Origin: Methanomicrobiales archaeon
GTDB lineage: Archaea > Halobacteriota > Methanomicrobia > Methanomicrobiales > Methanospirillaceae
Direction of reading: 5' to 3'
Assembly: GCA_037137755.1 (NCBI GenBank)
Contig: JBAXJR010000005.1
Span: 1-64,000 of the forward strand
Length of the DNA stretch: 64,000 nucleotides
Below, piece by piece: positions 58,615 through 64,000 of the stretch. The notes beneath the pieces were generated by a model. It was not told the DNA's origin, did no database searches, and saw only the letters and a program-made list of their open reading frames with translations. A program made the translations under genes and the position numbers. Positions within the stretch are counted from its first letter, which is position 1. Each line of letters begins with the position of its first letter.

Positions 58615-59886
58615 ATGGTGGCTGGGAAGAAGAAACCGGAAGGTCCAGGCAGCACCCATTTGTTGAGGGACGATGCAGAGGCGCAGCTCAAACGGTCCCC
58701 GGAACGTTCTCCTGGCATGGAAGGGCAGACCCCACAACAACTTATCCACGAACTCGAGGTTCACCAGGTCGAGCTCGAGATGCAGGCTGAAGAGCTCAGG
58801 AGAGCGTATATCGCACTCGAGGAGTCACGGGACAAGTACCTTGACCTCTACGAATTCGCTCCGACAGGTTACTTCACGCTGACGGATAAGGCACTCATAA
58901 CCGGAGTAAACCTCACCGGTGCGATACTGATGGGGGTTGAACGTGGAAACCTGCTTAATGCACCATTCAGTAAATTTGTTGCGGGACAAGATTCCGACCC
59001 GTGGCACCTGTATTTTATGCAAGTGCTGCAGAACGTGGAAAAACAGACCTGCACCCTGATTCTCAAACGGGGTGATGGCTCAGTATGGCCTGCCCGCCTG
59101 GAAAGTATCCGGCTCACCGGCTTATCAGATGAAGTAAAAACGGTCCGGGTGGCAGTCAGTGATGTTAGTGATATCAGAAAAATGGAGGCCGCCCTCCGTA
59201 CCACCAATAAAAAGCTCACCCTGCTCTCCAGCATTACCCGGCACGATATTAACAACCAGCTGATATCCGTCAACGGGTTTCTTGAGTTATTACACAGGAA
59301 AGTCCCTGATCCAGCACTTGAGGACTATTTCACCCGGATCACGAAGGCGAGTACACGGATCTCTGCAATGATCCAGTTCACGAAAGAATATGAGCAGATC
59401 GGTGTATATGCACCTGCATGGCAGGACTGCCGCACACTTGTGGATACAGCGGAAAAGGAAGCCCCACTCGGTCAGGTTGTGGTGAACAACGATCTCCCTG
59501 AAGGCATGGAAGTGTTTGCCGACTCGCTGCTTGTCAGGGTCTGTTACAACCTGATGGACAATGCGGTACGGTACGGGGGAAAGATCACTACCATCCGGTT
59601 CTCTGTTGAGGAACATGACGGTGACCATATCATTGTGTGCAAAGACGATGGCGTCGGTATACCGGCTGAAGAGAAGGAGAATATTTTCGACCGGGGGTTC
59701 GGAAAGAACACCGGGCTTGGCCTTTTCCTCTCCCGGGAAATTCTGGATATTACTGGCATAACCATTACTGAAACCGGGGAGCCAGGCAAAGGGGCTCGGT
59801 TTGAGATGGTTGTGCCGAAGGGGGCGTTGCGGATGGCAGTGAGGGGGATTGAAAATGACAGCGGGAAAGAAGAAGCCGGAACATAA
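58615..59886 (+). CDS. PAS histidine kinase 1 of the tandem triplet
   Basis: HELEVHQVELEMQAEEL helix, PAS, ITRHDINNQ, NTGLGL. Confidence 0.93.
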   Translation: MVAGKKKPEGPGSTHLLRDDAEAQLKRSPERSPGMEGQTPQQLIHELEVHQVELEMQAEELRRAYIALEESRDKYLDLYEFAPTGYFTLTDKALITGVNLTGAILMGVERGNLLNAPFSKFVAGQDSDPWHLYFMQVLQNVEKQTCTLILKRGDGSVWPARLESIRLTGLSDEVKTVRVAVSDVSDIRKMEAALRTTNKKLTLLSSITRHDINNQLISVNGFLELLHRKVPDPALEDYFTRITKASTRISAMIQFTKEYEQIGVYAPAWQDCRTLVDTAEKEAPLGQVVVNNDLPEGMEVFADSLLVRVCYNLMDNAVRYGGKITTIRFSVEEHDGDHIIVCKDDGVGIPAEEKENIFDRGFGKNTGLGLFLSREILDITGITITETGEPGKGARFEMVVPKGALRMAVRGIENDSGKEEAGT

Positions 59887-61513
59887 GGAACCTGAAACTC
59901 CGGGAATTGAACGAACGCTTCGCGATGTTGCAGAGGAGCAGCTCGCCCGCTCCCCGAAGCGTTCTCCTGGCATGGAAGGGCAGACACCGGAACAACTCGT
60001 CCACGAGCTCAGTGTGCACCAGATTGAACTTGAGATGCAGGCTGAAGCGCTCAGAAGTGCTCAAAATGCACTGGAGGAGTCACGGGAAAAGTTCCTTGAC
60101 CTCTACGAATTCGCCCCGCTTGGCTATTTCACGCTCACCGACAAGGCTCTGATTGCAGAGGTGAACCTCACCGGTGCGACACTCATCGGCGTAGAGCGGA
60201 AAAAACTACTTGTGGCACGGTTCAGAAAATTCGTAAGCCCCGGAGATTTTGAACAATGGGACCGGTATCTCATTCGCCTGCTGATGCAGGACAACAACCA
60301 GTCCTGCATCCTCACGCTCAAACGGGGGGACGGTTCAACGTTCCCCGCCCGGCTGGAAGGCATCCGGACTAACGGGTTCGATGGAATAATTAGCGTCCGC
60401 ATTGCGATCAGTGACATTACTGATATCTGGCAGATCGAGGCGCTGAAGGTGAGTGAGACCCGGTACCGGCGCCTCTTTGAGACTGCCCAGGACGGAATTC
60501 TCATCCTCGATGCCGGCAGCGGGCAGATCGTCGAGGTGAACCCATTTTTGATTGATATGCTGGGCTTCTCGCGTGAACAGTTCCTTGGAAAGAAAATATG
60601 GGAGATCGGGCTTTTCAAGGATATCGTTGCCAACAAGGAGAACTTCGAAGAACTGCAACGGCAGGAGTATATCCGTTACGAGGATATGCCGCTGGAAACA
60701 GCCGGTGGGCAACGGATCGCGGTGGAATTTATCAGTAATGTCTACATGGTGAGTAATAAGAAGGTCATCCAGTGTAACATCCGTGACATTACCGCACGAA
60801 AACGTGTGGAAGATGCACTGGCTCTTACAAGCAAAAAGCTGAACCTCCTGTCAGGTATCACCCGGCACGACATCAACAACCAGCTCACGATACTGCTGGG
60901 GTACCTCAAAATTCTCGAAAACAAGCAGTCCGATCCCACACTCATCGAGTATTTCCTGAAGGTTTCGAACGCTGCAAAACGGATCTCCGCCATGATCCGA
61001 TTTACCAAGGAATACGAGGAGATTGGTGTCCATGCTCCCACCTGGCAGGATACCCGTACTCTCATAGCTACTGCGGCAAAGCAAGCCCCTCTTGGGCAGG
61101 TTGTGGTGAAAAATGATCTCCCTGCCGGAGCAGAAGTGTTCGCTGACCCGCTGATGGTCAAGGTGTTTTACAACCTGATGGACAACGCTGCCCGGTACGG
61201 AGGAAAGATTACGACCATTCGTTTCTCTGCTCTGGACCGTGATGGGGATGATCATCTCATCGTATGCGAAGATGATGGCGAAGGTGTCCCGCAGGATGAG
61301 AAGGAACGGATCTTCGAGCGGGGCTTTGGGAAGAACACCGGTCTTGGTTTAGCCTTATCAAGGGAGATCCTCTCTATTACCGGCATCACCATCCGTGAGA
61401 CGGGTGAACCGGGCAAAGGTGCACGGTTCGAGATGGTCGTGCCGAAGGGAATGTGGCGTAATGCTGGTGAGGGGATTGAAAATGACAGCGGGAAAAAAGA
61501 AGCCGGAACATAA
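59855..61513 (+). CDS. PAS-PAS histidine kinase 2 of the tandem triplet
   Basis: Same N-terminal module, extra PAS, ITRHDINNQ, NTGLGL; 32-bp overlap with the upstream gene. Confidence 0.93.
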   Translation: MTAGKKKPEHKEPETPGIERTLRDVAEEQLARSPKRSPGMEGQTPEQLVHELSVHQIELEMQAEALRSAQNALEESREKFLDLYEFAPLGYFTLTDKALIAEVNLTGATLIGVERKKLLVARFRKFVSPGDFEQWDRYLIRLLMQDNNQSCILTLKRGDGSTFPARLEGIRTNGFDGIISVRIAISDITDIWQIEALKVSETRYRRLFETAQDGILILDAGSGQIVEVNPFLIDMLGFSREQFLGKKIWEIGLFKDIVANKENFEELQRQEYIRYEDMPLETAGGQRIAVEFISNVYMVSNKKVIQCNIRDITARKRVEDALALTSKKLNLLSGITRHDINNQLTILLGYLKILENKQSDPTLIEYFLKVSNAAKRISAMIRFTKEYEEIGVHAPTWQDTRTLIATAAKQAPLGQVVVKNDLPAGAEVFADPLMVKVFYNLMDNAARYGGKITTIRFSALDRDGDDHLIVCEDDGEGVPQDEKERIFERGFGKNTGLGLALSREILSITGITIRETGEPGKGARFEMVVPKGMWRNAGEGIENDSGKKEAGT

Positions 61514-63113
61514 GGAACCTGATACTCCGGATATTGAACGAACGCTCCGGGATGATGCAGAGGAGCAGCTCGTCCGCTCCCCGAAGCGTTCTGCTGACCT
61601 GAAAGGGCAGACACCCGAACAACTTATCCATGAACTCGAGGTGCACCAGGTCGAGCTCGAGATGCAGGCTGAAGAACTCAGTAGAGCGCATATCGCACTC
61701 GAGGAGTCGCGGGACAAGTACCTTGACCTGTATGACTTTGCCCCGATCGGCTATCTTTCCCTTACCGAAACGGCGCTGATCGTTGAGGTGAACCTCGCAG
61801 GGGCGACGCTCCTCGGTGCCGATCGGAAAAAACTGCTCAAGGCCCGGTTCAGGAGTTTCGTTGCTCAAAAAAATCTTGAACAATGGGACCGGTATTTTTT
61901 GACCTTGCTGGACCAGGGGGGAAAACAGACCTGCACCCTCACGCTTAAACGGAGTAATGGCTCAATGTTCCCTGCCCGTCTGGAAGGGGTCCGGACTTGC
62001 GGCAGCGATGGGGTGAGCACGGTCCGTATTACGTTCAGTGACATTTCCGATATCTGGGAGATTGAAGCACTCAAAGAGACTAATGATTATCTCAACAACC
62101 TGTTTGACTACGCCAACGCCCCGATCATTGTATGGGATCCGAAGTATGTGATCACCCGGTTCAACCATGCATTTGAGGATATGACCCTAAGATCTGAGCA
62201 GGAAGTCATCGGGCGGCGGCTTGATATCCTGTTCCCAAAAGAAAGTATGGATGCATCATTCCTACAGATAAAAAAAACCCTTGAGGGCAAATGGTGGGAG
62301 ACCGTTGAGATCCCAATTCTTGTCAAAGATGGCAGTGTCCGGACTGTACTCTGGAATTCGGCAAATATCCTTGATCCTGATGGCAGGTTAATTTCCACAA
62401 TCGCCCAGGGTGTTGACATCACCGAACGCAGACGGGCAGAGGAAGCGCTGCGCCGGGTAAACCAGAAGCTGAATATCCTCTCTGGACTTACAAGGAAAGA
62501 CCTAAGCTGCCAGATCCTCGTTCTGAACTCCTACCTTGAGCTTGCAAAGAAACATGCAGCCGGGCAGGACCAGGTCCTTTCGAGCATACAGAAAGGAAAG
62601 CGGGCGGCAGAGTTAATCAATGAGATTACGGAAGTTACCCGGGATTACCAGGACATGGGGGCAAAACCTCCGACATGGCAGAATGTGAAGATGGCGTTGT
62701 TGCTCGGGCTGTCCCATATATCCATTAGCGAAATTAAGCACAGCATAGAAACAGGAGACCTCGAGATCTTTGCTGATCCCCTGCTGGAAAAGGTATGCCA
62801 GCGCCTCTTCGAGAACTCACTCACGCACGGCGGCCATGTCACCCGGATCCGGGTCTCGCACACGACGACCCCTGCTGGGATCACGATCCTCTTTGAAGAC
62901 GATGGCAAAGGAATTCCGCAGGAGAAGAAAGAGCAGATCTTTTTGCGTGGTGACGACCTCACCCGTTTCTCGATGCGGAGTCTCATCTTTGTCCGGGAGA
63001 TCCTCGACATTACCGGCATTACGATTACCGAGACCGGAGAGCCGGGCAAGGGAGCGCGGTTCGAGATAATAGTACCGGAGGGGGCATGGCGGATGATAGG
63101 GGGGAGTGACTAA
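61482..63113 (+). CDS. PAS-PAS histidine kinase-like protein 3 (probable pseudokinase)
   Basis: H-box reads LTRKDLSCQ (His to Lys); G2 box reads DDLTRFSMRSL instead of FGKNTGLGL. Confidence 0.85.
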   Translation: MTAGKKKPEHKEPDTPDIERTLRDDAEEQLVRSPKRSADLKGQTPEQLIHELEVHQVELEMQAEELSRAHIALEESRDKYLDLYDFAPIGYLSLTETALIVEVNLAGATLLGADRKKLLKARFRSFVAQKNLEQWDRYFLTLLDQGGKQTCTLTLKRSNGSMFPARLEGVRTCGSDGVSTVRITFSDISDIWEIEALKETNDYLNNLFDYANAPIIVWDPKYVITRFNHAFEDMTLRSEQEVIGRRLDILFPKESMDASFLQIKKTLEGKWWETVEIPILVKDGSVRTVLWNSANILDPDGRLISTIAQGVDITERRRAEEALRRVNQKLNILSGLTRKDLSCQILVLNSYLELAKKHAAGQDQVLSSIQKGKRAAELINEITEVTRDYQDMGAKPPTWQNVKMALLLGLSHISISEIKHSIETGDLEIFADPLLEKVCQRLFENSLTHGGHVTRIRVSHTTTPAGITILFEDDGKGIPQEKKEQIFLRGDDLTRFSMRSLIFVREILDITGITITETGEPGKGARFEIIVPEGAWRMIGGSD

Positions 63114-63114
63114 C

Positions 63115-64000
63115 ATGTCAGCGGTTATCCGGGTCCTCTACGTTGATGACGAACCCGATCTTCTTGAGATCGGCAAATTATTCCTTGAGGAATCCGGCGA
63201 TCTCACTGTAACGACCGCGATAAGTGCACCTGATGCGATCCGGTTGCTCGAACTGGAACAGTTCGACGCCATCATCTCCGATTACCAGATGCCCGTTATG
63301 GATGGGATAGCGTTCCTTGAGGTAGTGCGGACCCGCTTTGGACGGATTCCGTTCATCCTTTTCACCGGACGTGGCAGGGAAGAGATAGTCATCCAGGCGA
63401 TCAATAGCGGAGCGGACTTCTATCTTCAGAAGGGAGGCGGTCCCAGCCCGCAATTTGCTGAACTTTCTCACAAGATCCGGCAGGCAACATCCCGGAAAAA
63501 GGCGGAGGATTCGCTCCGGAAGAGCGAGGATCAATACCGGCACTTAGTCGAATGCTCGGATGAGATAATCGTTGTAATACAGGACGGGATGCTCAGGCTG
63601 GTCAACCAGAGGGCAGTTGAACGCACCGGGTATTCGGAGCAGGAACTCTTGTCCATTCCGTTTCCTGTGCTTATTCACCCTGATGACCGTGCCAACGTAG
63701 TGGAGCGTTACCAGAAGCGGATGAAAGGAGAGGACACTCCGTCCTAGTATACGTTCCGGGTGGCAAGGAAGGACGGGCGTACCATCTGGGTCGAACTAAG
63801 CGTAATCGCTATCATATGGGAAGGACGGCCCGCCACGATTAATTTCCTGATTGATATCACCGACCGCAAGCGGGCGGAGGAAATGGTCATCCAGACCCGG
63901 CGTAATTATGAAGCATTTTTTAACACCATTAATGAGTTCCTCTTTGTCCTGGATGAACAGGGTTGCATCCTTCACACGAATGAAACGGTCACCCGCAGGC
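63115..64000 (+). CDS. REC-PAS-PAS signalling protein with in-frame TAG at 63745-63747, running off the window end
   Basis: After TAG the same frame continues YTFRVARKDGRTIWVELS..WEGRPATINFLIDITDRKRAEE..FFNTINEFLFVLDEQG, completing the PAS/PAC and starting another PAS. Confidence 0.8.

Noticed and set aside
1-64000. CRISPR array, rRNA or tRNA genes
   Set aside because: No regularly spaced repeats with unique spacers, no cloverleaf with T-loop consensus and no rRNA-like tract were seen by eye

Overview
Archaeal genomic DNA, most consistent with a Methanomicrobiales methanogen (Methanolinea/Methanoregula-like). The basis is atwA, methanogen-type ThiI, DUF2150/DUF5814/DUF2124, DUF3821 and many 'TRHDILN' PAS histidine kinases. 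No rRNA, tRNA or CRISPR array was seen. About half of the window is two-component signalling. Most notable observations: (1) An AT-richer island at 12.5-21.6 kb holds a YqjD/YqjE/YqjK-like trio, two LEA-like 11-mer proteins, DUF1328 and two sheath-protein-like paralogues. Four of its promoters share ATTTTGCAA-N3/4-CGGGT..GGT(G)TATA, and it lies divergent from a four-gene phosphorelay ending in a REC-MEDS-like-PadR regulator, so it is a candidate archaeal general-stress regulon. (2) A complete RsbU/RsbV/RsbW-type partner switch occurs in an organism with no sigma factors, coupled to an MBL-fold/degenerate-HATPase fusion and next to a CxxC-type CooS. (3) A CheB-CheR fusion is followed by three tandem kinases, the third a His-less pseudokinase; their N-terminal helix recurs in the island kinase. 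(4) An intact but motif-dead type IIG-like DNA methyltransferase. (5) A repeated operator in a DUF134-DUF169-DUF5320-atwA cluster. (6) A dispersed non-coding repeat. (7) An in-frame TAG in the last gene. All family assignments come from motif recognition by eye, not from database searches.
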